64,000 nt of DNA from positions 88,328 through 152,327 of the forward strand of contig JBAYKL010000002.1 of NCBI GenBank assembly GCA_041664585.1. The letters run 5' to 3'. Below, in pieces: positions 8,691 through 18,869 of the stretch (its first letter is position 1; every line of letters begins with the position of its first letter). A program made the translations under genes and the position numbers. The DNA is from Minisyncoccota bacterium. Its GTDB lineage: Bacteria > Patescibacteriota > Minisyncoccia > Phycocordibacterales > GWA1-40-21. The notes below the pieces were generated by a model. That model was not told the DNA's origin. It searched no databases and saw nothing but the letters and a program-made list of their open reading frames with translations.

Positions 8691-9869
8691 TTATGCAATA
8701 AATTCTCTAGTCTCTCTTGCAATCTGTGTCATCTCGTCTGTCTTCACAACTTTTATTTTTATCTTTGATTCTGGAGTAGAAATTACAGCATCCACATTGT
8801 CAGTAGCATTATTTTTATTTTTGTCTAAGACAAAACCCAAACCTTCAAGATTACCCAGTATTCTTTCTCTCATTTTAAATGATCTCTCCCCTACTGTTCC
8901 AGAAAAAACTAATATATCTAGTCCGCCAAGAGCTGCCATATAAGCACCTATCTGTTTTTGAATTTTATAAGCATAAATATCTAATGCATTTTTTGCATCC
9001 ATATTTTCATTTTCTGCTTTCAAAAGTTCTCTAACATCATCACTCAGGCCAGCAGACAAACCAAGAAGTCCACATTTTTTATTTAAATACTGTTTTAATT
9101 TGTCGCCATTTAATCCCAAAACTTCAGATATATATATGAGAGCACCAGAATCTATATCACCCACTCTTGTAGCCATAATCATCCCCTCGAGAGGTGTAAA
9201 GCCCATTGTTGTATCAACACTTTTACCATCTTTAACAGCCGTAATACTTACTCCGCCACCAATATGACAGATAATTATTTTCTCTGAGAGAGAATTTTCT
9301 GCTTTAAGCTTATTTACTATAGAACCAAGAGAAATACCATGATATCCATATCTATATATCTCATGTTTTTTTGCATCATTTAAATTAATACCATAAAGTT
9401 TAGACTTAACTGGCATACTCTTGTGAAAAGTACTGTCTGATATACCAATAACAGGAACTTTATTCTTAAATATTTTTATCAATTTATTTATTTCTTCTGA
9501 TATCGCTTCCACATGAAGTGGAGCTTTTTTACCAGCCTCCTTCATATGCTTAAGAAATTGTTTGTCTATCAAACAATTGTCTTCAAAATAAACACCCGGA
9601 GCTACAGTTCTCACACCGATTCCATTGATATCATTTATAGATGAAATAAAAGCTTTTTTAATTAGGATATTTAGAAGATAATCTATGGCTTTATCAAAAT
9701 CATTTTTCGTAATTTGAGATTTTTCTGAACCAGTATCTTGTTTGAGAGTGACAATAAAGCCATTGCCTTCTTTTTCAAAATGAAAGAAAGCCTGTTCTTT
9801 ATCCCCTACGTAAAAAGCATACTTCTTAGATGCGCTACCTGTATTTACAATTAAATATTTTTTGTCCAT
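8691..9869 (-). CDS. ackA: Acetate/propionate kinase
   Basis: IVNTGSASKK, APLH, RYGYHGIS, TTMGFTPLEG, R.GDID, FSGTVGE, TDE. Confidence 0.93.
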   Translation of the reverse strand: MDKKYLIVNTGSASKKYAFYVGDKEQAFFHFEKEGNGFIVTLKQDTGSEKSQITKNDFDKAIDYLLNILIKKAFISSINDINGIGVRTVAPGVYFEDNCLIDKQFLKHMKEAGKKAPLHVEAISEEINKLIKIFKNKVPVIGISDSTFHKSMPVKSKLYGINLNDAKKHEIYRYGYHGISLGSIVNKLKAENSLSEKIIICHIGGGVSITAVKDGKSVDTTMGFTPLEGMIMATRVGDIDSGALIYISEVLGLNGDKLKQYLNKKCGLLGLSAGLSDDVRELLKAENENMDAKNALDIYAYKIQKQIGAYMAALGGLDILVFSGTVGERSFKMRERILGNLEGLGFVLDKNKNNATDNVDAVISTPESKIKIKVVKTDEMTQIARETREFIA

Positions 9870-12220
9870 TTCCAGTTTTCTATTTCTAAAGGATCTACAC
9901 CATTTTGTTTTATATAGTCCAGATGGTCTTTAGTTTTTTGCTTATAAATTTCTATCACTCTTGTCGCTTTACTTTCTTCTACAGCTTTATTCTCTACAAG
10001 TTTCTCCAGAGCTTCAATTAATAAAGTGTATCTATCTGTCTTATTTCTTACATGAAGGTCAAAAGGTGTCGTCGTTGAGCCGCTTTCCATATATCCGTGA
10101 ACGGTGAATCTATTATTGGCAGACTGATAATCAAAAAGTGATTGTTTTAATGTCTCAGGATATCCATGAAAATTAAATATTACCGGTTTATCTTTTGTAA
10201 AATATTCTTCAAACTTTTCTTCACTCATTTTTGTAATTGAGCTACCAATAGTATTCGGTGATAGTTCTACAATATTCACAAACCTTGCTTTTACTTCTGG
10301 AATTTCTTTTTTCAATAAATCAATTCCTGCTAAAGCTTCTTTTATAAGGTACTGTCCACAAGCTGAAAAAACAATATCTGGATTTTCTTCACTCGCAAAA
10401 TCCCAAATAGATAAACCGCTTCCAATTTCTTTTTTTGATTGATCCAAAGACAACCAAACTGGTTCAGGAGTTTTTTCTGCAACAATAATATTTATTTCAT
10501 TTAATGAATTTAAAGATTTTTTAATAATCTCTAATGATTCATTTGCATCTGCTGGGAAAAATACATTTATAAACTCATTATGCTTTTGTAAAAGCCCATC
10601 TATAAATCCAGGATTCTGGTGTGAAAAGCCATTGTGTTCCTGACGCCATCCTGAGGAAGTAATAAGATATGTGAAAGAAGGAATATCTCCACGCCATTCT
10701 GTCTTTCTGGCAATCTTCAAAAACTTACTATACTGATCTGCCATACTAGAAACTATAGGTATGAAGGCTTCGTATGAATCAAATATAGCGAACCTTCCAG
10801 TAAGAGCGTAGCCCTGCGCAAGACCCTGCATAGAATGTTCCGAGAGCATTTCTATTACTCTACCGTCCCTAGCCATATCTGTATCCCATTTTTCTATTGG
10901 ACCAGCCAAAGCTCTTTTTGTAACATTAAATATATCTTGGAGTCTATTTGAGTAAGTTTCATCTGGAGAAAAAAGTCTAATATTTCTCTTTTCTTCATTG
11001 AGTTTCATCGTCTCAGAAATATAGGCTCCGATTTTTCTCATAGAACTTACTTGTGTATCACCTGGTAAATCTACTCTTACAGAGAAGTCCTCTGTTTTGG
11101 GTAAAACAAGCTTTCTCTCTGTATCACCTTTTCTAATACCAAAAACTTTTTGATTATCTCCCATCTTTAATTCTTCATTTGGAACAAGATTTAAAATATC
11201 TTCTGAGAAACCTTTTTTCTCATCAAAGATTTCATTAAATCTGTAAGATTTCATCCATTTAGACACAGCATCGAGCTCTATTTGATTTGTTTTTGCATCT
11301 TTACCAACCACCTGATGTGAAAGACAATTTCCCTCTATCTTTTGTCCTTCTAATTCCTTAATACCAGTCCAACCTTTTGGAGTTTTTAGTACAAGCATCG
11401 GGAATCTAGCAAAATATTGATATGGTTTGCTTTTCTGACTTCTAGCTTTTTTCTGAATTTTAATTATTGAAGCATGAGCCTTTTTCAATGCGACAATCAT
11501 TTGTTTATAAACCTTATCATCACTACCTTCTACAATAATGGGATCATATCCGTATCCAGTAAACAAAGCTTTCAAATCTGTATTTGTCATTCTTCCAAAA
11601 ATTGTCGGGCCAGAAATTTTATAACCATTTAAATGAAGTATCGGTAGCACTGCTCCGTTTTTTGCGGGATCAACAAACTTATTTAAATGCCACGATGTAG
11701 CTAGTGGGCCAGTCTCCGCCTCACCATCACCCACTAGGCATGCCGCAATGAGATTCGGATTATCAAGTACGGCACCATAAGCTGTAGAAAGAGAATATCC
11801 AAGTTCTCCACCTTCAAGTATTACTCCAGGAGTGGCTGGACTTGCATGACTTGGAAAACCATACGGCCAACTAAATTGTTTAGAAATATATGCAATTCCC
11901 TTTTCATCTCTCGTAGCATCTTTATAATATTTGGAAAGAGTATCTTCTAAAAATACGTTCGCCTGAAGTGCGGGGAAACCATGTCCCGGACCAAGCAAAA
12001 ATATCATTTCTGCATTTGTTTTTTTTATAAGATTATTTAGACAGGCATAGACAAAATTAATACCAGGACAGCTACCCCAATGCCCTAGAAGTCTAGGTTT
12101 AATATCATCAAAAGAAAGCTTGTTTTTTAATAAAAAATTATTTTGTAAATATATTTGAGATACTGTTAGATAATTTGTAGCTCTTACATATTTTTTAAGG
12201 CTCTCTATTTCTTTGCTCAT
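9851..12220 (-). CDS. xfp: Phosphoketolase (XFP family)
   Basis: LLGHWG, GPGHG, EGGELGYSL, GDGEAETGPL, LHLNGYKI, SPDET.SNRL, HNGFSHQNPG. Confidence 0.96.
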   Translation of the reverse strand: MSKEIESLKKYVRATNYLTVSQIYLQNNFLLKNKLSFDDIKPRLLGHWGSCPGINFVYACLNNLIKKTNAEMIFLLGPGHGFPALQANVFLEDTLSKYYKDATRDEKGIAYISKQFSWPYGFPSHASPATPGVILEGGELGYSLSTAYGAVLDNPNLIAACLVGDGEAETGPLATSWHLNKFVDPAKNGAVLPILHLNGYKISGPTIFGRMTNTDLKALFTGYGYDPIIVEGSDDKVYKQMIVALKKAHASIIKIQKKARSQKSKPYQYFARFPMLVLKTPKGWTGIKELEGQKIEGNCLSHQVVGKDAKTNQIELDAVSKWMKSYRFNEIFDEKKGFSEDILNLVPNEELKMGDNQKVFGIRKGDTERKLVLPKTEDFSVRVDLPGDTQVSSMRKIGAYISETMKLNEEKRNIRLFSPDETYSNRLQDIFNVTKRALAGPIEKWDTDMARDGRVIEMLSEHSMQGLAQGYALTGRFAIFDSYEAFIPIVSSMADQYSKFLKIARKTEWRGDIPSFTYLITSSGWRQEHNGFSHQNPGFIDGLLQKHNEFINVFFPADANESLEIIKKSLNSLNEINIIVAEKTPEPVWLSLDQSKKEIGSGLSIWDFASEENPDIVFSACGQYLIKEALAGIDLLKKEIPEVKARFVNIVELSPNTIGSSITKMSEEKFEEYFTKDKPVIFNFHGYPETLKQSLFDYQSANNRFTVHGYMESGSTTTPFDLHVRNKTDRYTLLIEALEKLVENKAVEESKATRVIEIYKQKTKDHLDYIKQNGVDPLEIENWKWTKNI

Positions 12221-12316
12221 GGATAAATTATATCAAACTTTTTTAAAAAGACATATTTGACTTAATAACAACTCAGGTATATTGTTTTTCTTGAATTTAA
12301 CAAAAGGAGTTCTTTC

Positions 12317-12676
12317 GTGAAAAATAAAATTGTATACGTAAACGAGAGCGAATTCAGAGGTCTTTTTGTCATAATTATGGCAAAGATATACAAAAAAAAT
12401 ATGGACGTGCTTTCAGCACTATGCCCGCCATCAGCACTTGAGATTGTAAGAATGATAAAAGAAAGAAAATTGGTGGCAATAGTATTTGATTGTGATCACT
12501 GTCTTTTTAAAAAGACCATTGATGAGATAGCAAAAGAAAAGACGGGAGTAAAAATAATCCTAGTATCAAGAAACACTAGGTGTTCGTGTGAATGTTTAAA
12601 TTCACACAACAAAACAGTTGTAAGTACACTAAGAGAAGCTTTCAACTACATACCGAGAGAAACAGCCAATCCATGA
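12317..12676 (+). CDS. Orphan with a divergent receiver (CheY-like) pattern
   Basis: SD AAGGAG 12304-12309, GTG start, promoter TTGACT-17-TATTGT; IVYVNE..ALEIVR..AIVFD..KIILVS. Confidence 0.55.
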   Translation: MKNKIVYVNESEFRGLFVIIMAKIYKKNMDVLSALCPPSALEIVRMIKERKLVAIVFDCDHCLFKKTIDEIAKEKTGVKIILVSRNTRCSCECLNSHNKTVVSTLREAFNYIPRETANP

Positions 12677-12694
12677 GGGTTGGCTTTACTTTTT
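12664..12694 (+). terminator. Terminator overlapping the stop codon
   Basis: AGCCAATCC-ATGA-GGGTTGGCT followed by TTACTTTTT. Confidence 0.7.
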
Positions 12695-12735
12695 ATATAA
12701 ATATAATATAGTCGAATAAGAAAAAGGAGTAATTT

Positions 12736-13116
12736 ATGGAAAATAAACTACAGGTTCTTTACGTAGACACCCTGGAAAATATAAATCATTTTCTAAATAC
12801 AGTAACTAGAGAAGGAAGACATGACCTAACAGTCTTTACGGCCTCAAACAAAGACGAGGTGCTGAAAATTGTAACACAACAAAAGAAGATAAAGGTCGTT
12901 ATTCTCACGAAAGCTGTATACAAAAACAAAAGAATTATCGGGGATATGAAATGTTTCCTTACGAATAGCCCTGAATTCTTAGGGGTATCATCATCCCCGG
13001 AAATCAGAGAATGTCTCGGGAGTATGGGATGTAATCTCGTATTTGATAACAAAGACGAGATAATACATCACATACCCAAAAAACATCCGGACACCGACGG
13101 ACAAGCCGACCAATAG
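12736..13116 (+). CDS. Orphan pseudo-receiver (CheY-like) protein
   Basis: SD AAGGAG 12724-12729; VLYVD..VFTASNKDEVL..VVILT..FLGVSS..MGC pattern. Confidence 0.6.
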   Translation: MENKLQVLYVDTLENINHFLNTVTREGRHDLTVFTASNKDEVLKIVTQQKKIKVVILTKAVYKNKRIIGDMKCFLTNSPEFLGVSSSPEIRECLGSMGCNLVFDNKDEIIHHIPKKHPDTDGQADQ

Positions 13117-13132
13117 GTCGGCTTTACTTTTT
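13103..13132 (+). terminator. Terminator overlapping the stop codon
   Basis: AAGCCGACC-AATA-GGTCGGCTT followed by TACTTTTT. Confidence 0.72.
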
Positions 13133-13194
13133 CCCAAAAATTTGTTTTAATAGAAGCTCAAATACGCCTTTAGGCGCTTTTTAATTTTAATCAT

Positions 13195-14994
13195 ATGGAA
13201 ATAAGAAATATTGCAATTATAGCCCACGTTGACCATGGTAAGACCACTCTTACTGACGCTATGCTTAAACAAGCAGGTGTTGTAGAAGAAGGTGTAAGTA
13301 TGGACAGCAATAAAATCGAACAAGAGCGTGGTATTACTATATATGCCAAGAATACTTCCCTTCCATATAAAGGTACAAAGATAAATATCGTTGATACTCC
13401 TGGACACGCAGACTTCGGTTCTGAAGTTGAACGTGTTCTTCGTTCTATTGATACTGTGCTTCTTGTTGTAGACGCTCAAGAAGGCCCTATGCCTCAAACT
13501 CGTTTCGTCTTAAAGAAATCTCTTGAGCTTGGTCTTAAGCCAATCGTAGTTATAAACAAAATAGATAAATCAGCTGCAAACCCAGAAAGAGCACATGAGG
13601 AAGTTCTTGAACTTTTCATGGAACTCGGAGCAAACAACGACCAGCTCGACTTCCCTACTATTTACGCTATCGGCAGAAAGGGTGTTGCCATGAAAAATCC
13701 TACAGACGAACAAGTAGATCTTACACCTTTGCTTGATTTAATAATGGAAAAAGTTGCACCAGCAAATACAGAGAAAAATCTTACATCACCTTTCAGAGCT
13801 CAAATTTTTAATCTTGCATACGACAACTTCTTAGGAAGACTCGGTGTTGCTAGAATCTATGATGGTAAAGTAAAAGATGGACAAACAATTGTAGTCAAAA
13901 TGCCGTCTGGAGAATCTAGACAAGCTAGAATTACAAAGCTCTATACATTCAATGGAGTTCAAAAAGAAAGTGTAGCTGAGGCCTTTGCTGGAGACATCGT
14001 AATGATCGCTGGTATTTCAGATGCATATATCGGAGAAACTATTTGCGAAAATAAAGATCAAGAATCTATGCCTGCTATAAACATCGATGAGCCTACAATC
14101 TCTCTTAGCTTCTTAGTTAATGATTCCCCTTTCGCAGGACGCGAAGGTAAATTTGTAACCGGTAGACAAATCAGAGAAAGATTAGAAAAAGAAATGGAAA
14201 TCAACGTCGGTCTCAGAGTTAATTTTGATTCAGAACCTATAACTGTATATGGTAGAGGTGAACTTCATATTGCTATTCTTATTGAAAATATGAGAAGAGA
14301 AGGCTTTGAACTTCAAGTATCTCAGCCACACGCAATTGTAAAAACAATTGACGGAGTAGAATGTGAACCGTATGAAGAGGTCACTATCGATATACCTGAA
14401 GAATTCCAAGGTACTGTAATAGAAAAGCTTGGAAAGAGAAAAGGTATTATGAAAGACATGAAGATCAAAGATAATCAAATCAGAATGATCTTTGAAATAC
14501 CTACTAGAGGACTTCTTGGATATAGAGGACAATTTGTAGTAGACACAAAAGGTATGGGAATTATCTGTTCAAGATTTATGGATTTCAAACCTTACGCTGG
14601 AGAAATACAGAAACAAGAATTCGGTTCTATGACTTCTATGATTACAGGAAAATCTATGGCCTTCTCACTTTGGAACTTACAAGAAAGAGGTGTACTCTAT
14701 ATCGACCCAGCTATTGAAATATATGAAGGTATGGTTATTGGTCACGTCTTAAACGGAGAAGATATGAATGTAAACCCTACAAAAAACAAAGCTCTCACAA
14801 ACATGAGAACTTCTGGAAATGATGAGGCACTCTACCTTATTCCACCAATGAGACTTGATATTGAAAAAGGTTTGGAAACAATGAGAGAAGATGAATATCT
14901 AGAAATTACTCCAAAAACAGTAAGATTAAGAAAAAGACTTCTTACTGAACAAGCGAGAGCAAAGGATGCGAGAAAGGATATTAAATTTAGTTAG
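13195..14994 (+). CDS. typA: Translational GTPase TypA/BipA
   Basis: NIAIIAHVDHGKTT, ERGITI, DTPGHADF, GRGELH, EITP..RLRK. Confidence 0.97.
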   Translation: MEIRNIAIIAHVDHGKTTLTDAMLKQAGVVEEGVSMDSNKIEQERGITIYAKNTSLPYKGTKINIVDTPGHADFGSEVERVLRSIDTVLLVVDAQEGPMPQTRFVLKKSLELGLKPIVVINKIDKSAANPERAHEEVLELFMELGANNDQLDFPTIYAIGRKGVAMKNPTDEQVDLTPLLDLIMEKVAPANTEKNLTSPFRAQIFNLAYDNFLGRLGVARIYDGKVKDGQTIVVKMPSGESRQARITKLYTFNGVQKESVAEAFAGDIVMIAGISDAYIGETICENKDQESMPAINIDEPTISLSFLVNDSPFAGREGKFVTGRQIRERLEKEMEINVGLRVNFDSEPITVYGRGELHIAILIENMRREGFELQVSQPHAIVKTIDGVECEPYEEVTIDIPEEFQGTVIEKLGKRKGIMKDMKIKDNQIRMIFEIPTRGLLGYRGQFVVDTKGMGIICSRFMDFKPYAGEIQKQEFGSMTSMITGKSMAFSLWNLQERGVLYIDPAIEIYEGMVIGHVLNGEDMNVNPTKNKALTNMRTSGNDEALYLIPPMRLDIEKGLETMREDEYLEITPKTVRLRKRLLTEQARAKDARKDIKFS

Positions 14995-15000
14995 TTAATA

Positions 15001-15029
15001 AAAAAACACTTCATTACGAAGTGTTTTTT
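15001..15029. terminator. Bidirectional terminator typA/rnhB
   Basis: AAAAAACACTTC-ATTAC-GAAGTGTTTTTT. Confidence 0.8.
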
Positions 15030-15630
15030 AATTTATAAACCTCTTACAAAAACATTTCCTATGTTGATCAGATAATCCATATTTCTTGATAGCTTCACAA
15101 TGTTTTTGGGTACCATATCCTTTATGAATTTCAAAAGAATAATTTTTATATTTCTTAGCTAATTTGCACATAAGCGAATCTCTTGAAACTTTCGCTGCAA
15201 TAGAAGCAAAAGCTATTGCTCTTTCTTTTTCGTCTCCTTTTATTATAGTCTTTTGATTTTTAAACTCTTCAGGCGCTTTTAATCCTCCATCGAGAAGCAC
15301 CAAGCATTCATTTGGTTTAGCATTTATATTTTTCAACGCTTTAATTAAACAATTTTTAATTGCCTTACTTATCCCAATCTTGTCTATTCTTTTTGCACTT
15401 TCATAGCAAACAGAATAATTCACTTTCCCCTCTTTCTTTAATTCTTTTAATCTAGCAAAAATTTCTTCTCTTTTTTGTGGTTTTAATTTCTTCGAATCTT
15501 TTATCATTCCAAGTTCTTTTGCATTAAAATTTTCAGGCATTATAAAAGCACAAACAGCAACGGGACCAGCCAAAGGACCTCTTCCAACCTCATCAATTCC
15601 AGCAATAAATTTCACCTTTTTCTTTATCAT
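15028..15630 (-). CDS. rnhB: Ribonuclease HII
   Basis: GIDEVGRGPLAGPV, DSKKL, KGD, ASIAAKVSRD, HKGYGT. Confidence 0.96.
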   Translation of the reverse strand: MIKKKVKFIAGIDEVGRGPLAGPVAVCAFIMPENFNAKELGMIKDSKKLKPQKREEIFARLKELKKEGKVNYSVCYESAKRIDKIGISKAIKNCLIKALKNINAKPNECLVLLDGGLKAPEEFKNQKTIIKGDEKERAIAFASIAAKVSRDSLMCKLAKKYKNYSFEIHKGYGTQKHCEAIKKYGLSDQHRKCFCKRFIN

Positions 15631-15658
15631 ATTTTAGGATATTATTAATCATATCATT

Positions 15659-18600
15659 ATGTCAAAATTCATTCACCTACATACCCATAGCCACTATTCA
15701 CTTTTGAATGCGCTACCTAAAATAAAGGATCTTGTTAAGATGGCGAAAAAGCTAGAAATGCCCGCTCTCGCCCTTACAGATGCTGGAAATATGTATGGAA
15801 CAATCGATTTCTACCAAGCCTGTAAAAAAAATGAAATCAAACCAATTATTGGTGTAGATTTCTATGTAGCAAGCAGAACAAGAAAAGACAAACAAGGAGG
15901 AGTAGATAATAGAAGAACGAGATTAGTACTTCTAGCAAAAAATGAAGTCGGATATAAAAATTTAATTAAACTTGTTACTGATTCATATTTTGAAGGTTTC
16001 TATTACAAACCAAGAATAGACAAAGAAACAATAGAAAAATATAGAGACGGCCTTATTTGCATATTACCGCATTTTTCTGCTGAGACTTCATACGCTCTAA
16101 AAAATGGAGATACAGAAAAAGCAAAAAGCTTGGTAGATTTTTATAAAAAGAATTACGGTGCAGAAAATTTCTTCTTAGAAATTACTCATCATCCAGAAAT
16201 AGAAGGGCAACTTGAGCTTAAAGAAAAAATCATAAAACTCGCAAAAGAAACAAATTCAAATCTTGTAGCCGGACAAGATGTATATTATTTACATCCAGAA
16301 GATAAGAAAGCGAGGGATACACTTGTACAGGTAAATTCTCATTCTGATTTTTCTGATAGAGAACAAAGAGAAAGCGCGGATAATTTTTCATTTATTTCTT
16401 CTGAACAAGCAGCTGAATATTTCAAAAATGAACCAGAAGCTATAGAAAATACACAAAAGATTGCCGATATGTGTACTGTTGAAATTGAGCTAGGTAAATG
16501 GAAATTCCCAAAATTTATTGTAGAAAGCGGTCTTTCATATGATGATGAGCTTAAAAGAGTTGCTTACGAAGGGATAGATAGAAGAGGCCTTCCTCATTCC
16601 AAAGAAGTTATAGACCGTCTTGAATATGAGTTAAAGGTTATACATGACAAAGGATATCCTCAATACTTCCTTGTAGTATCTGACCTTCTCCGCTTCGCAC
16701 ACGAAAATGGAATTTACACAAACATCAGAGGATCTGTTGCAGGCTCTCTTACTACTTATGTCACAGGAATTACGAATGTAGATCCCCTAGCCTACAAACT
16801 TCCGTTTGAAAGATTTTTAAATCCAGAAAGACCTTCTGCACCCGATATCGATATGGACTTCGCCGATAACAGACGCGATGAGGTTATTGAATATGCTAGA
16901 CAAAAATATGGAAAAGAAAATGTTGCTCAAATAGGTACATTCGGAACTATGATGGCTCGTGGTGCATGTAGAGATGTTGCTCGTGCGATGGGCTTCCCAC
17001 TTCCTTTAGCAGATAAAATTGCAAAACTTATTCCAATGGGAGCTCAGGGATTCCCAATGACAATCGACCGTGCCCTAAAAGAAGTTGCTGAATTAAAAGA
17101 AATGTACAACAAGGAGGAAGATGCGAAAACCATTATTGATATGGCACAAAAAATTGAAGGTTGTGCTAGACACATTTCTGTACACGCAGCTGGTGTTGTT
17201 ATCGCCCCAGACGATCTTTCAAACTATGTTCCACTTCAATACGATCCAAAAGGTGAAGGAAAAATTATTACCCAATACGATATGCATGGAGTTGGAGAAG
17301 ATGGTGTAGGACTTCTAAAGTTCGACTTCCTTGGAATTAAAAACCTTTCGATTCTTGCTGATGCAGTAGATCGTGTGAAGAAGATTGAGGGTATAGAGGT
17401 TGATATTGAAAAGATACCTCTAGACGATAAAAAGACCTTTGAAATGCTTGCTAAAGGCGAGACAATAGGCCTGTTTCAGCTCAACGGCTCAGGAATGACA
17501 AAATACCTTAAGGAGCTTAAACCAACGACCATACACGATATAAACGCTATGGTGGCCCTTTATAGACCTGGCCCTATTGAATCTATTCCTCAGTACATTG
17601 AAAGAAAGCACAACCCAGCTTTAATTAAATATCTCGACCCAAGACTTAAAGATATTCTTGACCAATCATATGGTGTTATCACCTATCAGGACGACGTTAT
17701 GCTTACCGCTATCAAACTCGCTGGATATTCTTGGCTTGAAGCAGACAAGCTCAGAAAAGCTATGGGTAAAAAAATCCCTGAGGAAATGGAAAAGCAAAAA
17801 GAAAAATTATTAAAAGGTTTCGTCGCTGGTGGACTCACAGAAAAAAAAGCAGAGACTCTTTGGAAACTCATCGAGCCTTTCGCTGCATATGGTTTTAATA
17901 AGTCCCATGCTGCGAGCTACGGAAGAGTCGCATATCAAACAGCATATATGAAAGCTAACTTCCCAGAAATCTATATGTCTGCCGTTATGACCGCCGACCA
18001 AGGAGACGTAGAAAAAATCGGTGAATTTATTACAGAATGTAATAAAATGAAAATCCCAGTACTTCCTCCTTCAGTAAATGAAAGTTTCAGTCCATTCTCT
18101 GTGGTCAAACCAGAAGATCCAAGCGAAAAATATAAAATCCGTTTCGGACTTACTTCTATAAAAAACTTCGGTGAAGGTATTTCAAAAGCAATTACTTCTG
18201 AAAGAAAAAACAAAGGAAAATTTAAATCACTTTCGGATTTCTTAGAAAGAATAGTTGATAAAAATTTAAATAAAAGATCTCTTGAACCACTTATAAAAAC
18301 AGGTGCTCTTGATGAATTCGGAGAAAGAGGTCAACTACTTGCAAACAGTGAAAATCTTTTGAAATACAATAAAGATTTAGGAAAAATGTCTTCTGACCAA
18401 GATTCCCTATTCGGTATTTTTGAAGGTGGCAAACACGAAAACTTCAAACTCGAACCAGCAGAACCAGCTACACAGACAATGAAACTTACTTGGGAAAAAG
18501 AACTTCTTGGTCTTTATATTTCTGGGCATCCATTAGATAAATATAAACACATTTTTGAAAAACAGCAGATTACAGTTAAAAAAATAAAAGAAGAGACAGA

Positions 18601-18868
18601 AGCTATGAAAAAGCTTGTAGATAATGGTAAGGCTGTTGGTGGAATCATTCAAGAAGTCAGAGAAATAATGACAAAGAAAAATGAACCGATGGCTTTTATA
18701 AAGATAGCTGACCTTACTGATACAATAGAAGCTGTAGTGTTTCCTCGTACCTATGCTCAATATAAAAGCATAATTGTTCCAGAAAAATGTATAGCAATAG
18801 TAGCAAAAATTTCTGAAAGAAATGGGGAAATAAGTTTGATAGTAGATAGAATGAAAGAATTAAACTAA
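15659..18868 (+). CDS. dnaE: DNA polymerase III alpha subunit
   Basis: PHP HLHTHSHYS, RGSVAGS, FERFLNPER, PDIDMDF, YGFNKSH, C-terminal OB fold. Confidence 0.97.
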   Translation: MSKFIHLHTHSHYSLLNALPKIKDLVKMAKKLEMPALALTDAGNMYGTIDFYQACKKNEIKPIIGVDFYVASRTRKDKQGGVDNRRTRLVLLAKNEVGYKNLIKLVTDSYFEGFYYKPRIDKETIEKYRDGLICILPHFSAETSYALKNGDTEKAKSLVDFYKKNYGAENFFLEITHHPEIEGQLELKEKIIKLAKETNSNLVAGQDVYYLHPEDKKARDTLVQVNSHSDFSDREQRESADNFSFISSEQAAEYFKNEPEAIENTQKIADMCTVEIELGKWKFPKFIVESGLSYDDELKRVAYEGIDRRGLPHSKEVIDRLEYELKVIHDKGYPQYFLVVSDLLRFAHENGIYTNIRGSVAGSLTTYVTGITNVDPLAYKLPFERFLNPERPSAPDIDMDFADNRRDEVIEYARQKYGKENVAQIGTFGTMMARGACRDVARAMGFPLPLADKIAKLIPMGAQGFPMTIDRALKEVAELKEMYNKEEDAKTIIDMAQKIEGCARHISVHAAGVVIAPDDLSNYVPLQYDPKGEGKIITQYDMHGVGEDGVGLLKFDFLGIKNLSILADAVDRVKKIEGIEVDIEKIPLDDKKTFEMLAKGETIGLFQLNGSGMTKYLKELKPTTIHDINAMVALYRPGPIESIPQYIERKHNPALIKYLDPRLKDILDQSYGVITYQDDVMLTAIKLAGYSWLEADKLRKAMGKKIPEEMEKQKEKLLKGFVAGGLTEKKAETLWKLIEPFAAYGFNKSHAASYGRVAYQTAYMKANFPEIYMSAVMTADQGDVEKIGEFITECNKMKIPVLPPSVNESFSPFSVVKPEDPSEKYKIRFGLTSIKNFGEGISKAITSERKNKGKFKSLSDFLERIVDKNLNKRSLEPLIKTGALDEFGERGQLLANSENLLKYNKDLGKMSSDQDSLFGIFEGGKHENFKLEPAEPATQTMKLTWEKELLGLYISGHPLDKYKHIFEKQQITVKKIKEETEAMKKLVDNGKAVGGIIQEVREIMTKKNEPMAFIKIADLTDTIEAVVFPRTYAQYKSIIVPEKCIAIVAKISERNGEISLIVDRMKELN

Positions 18869-18869
18869 T

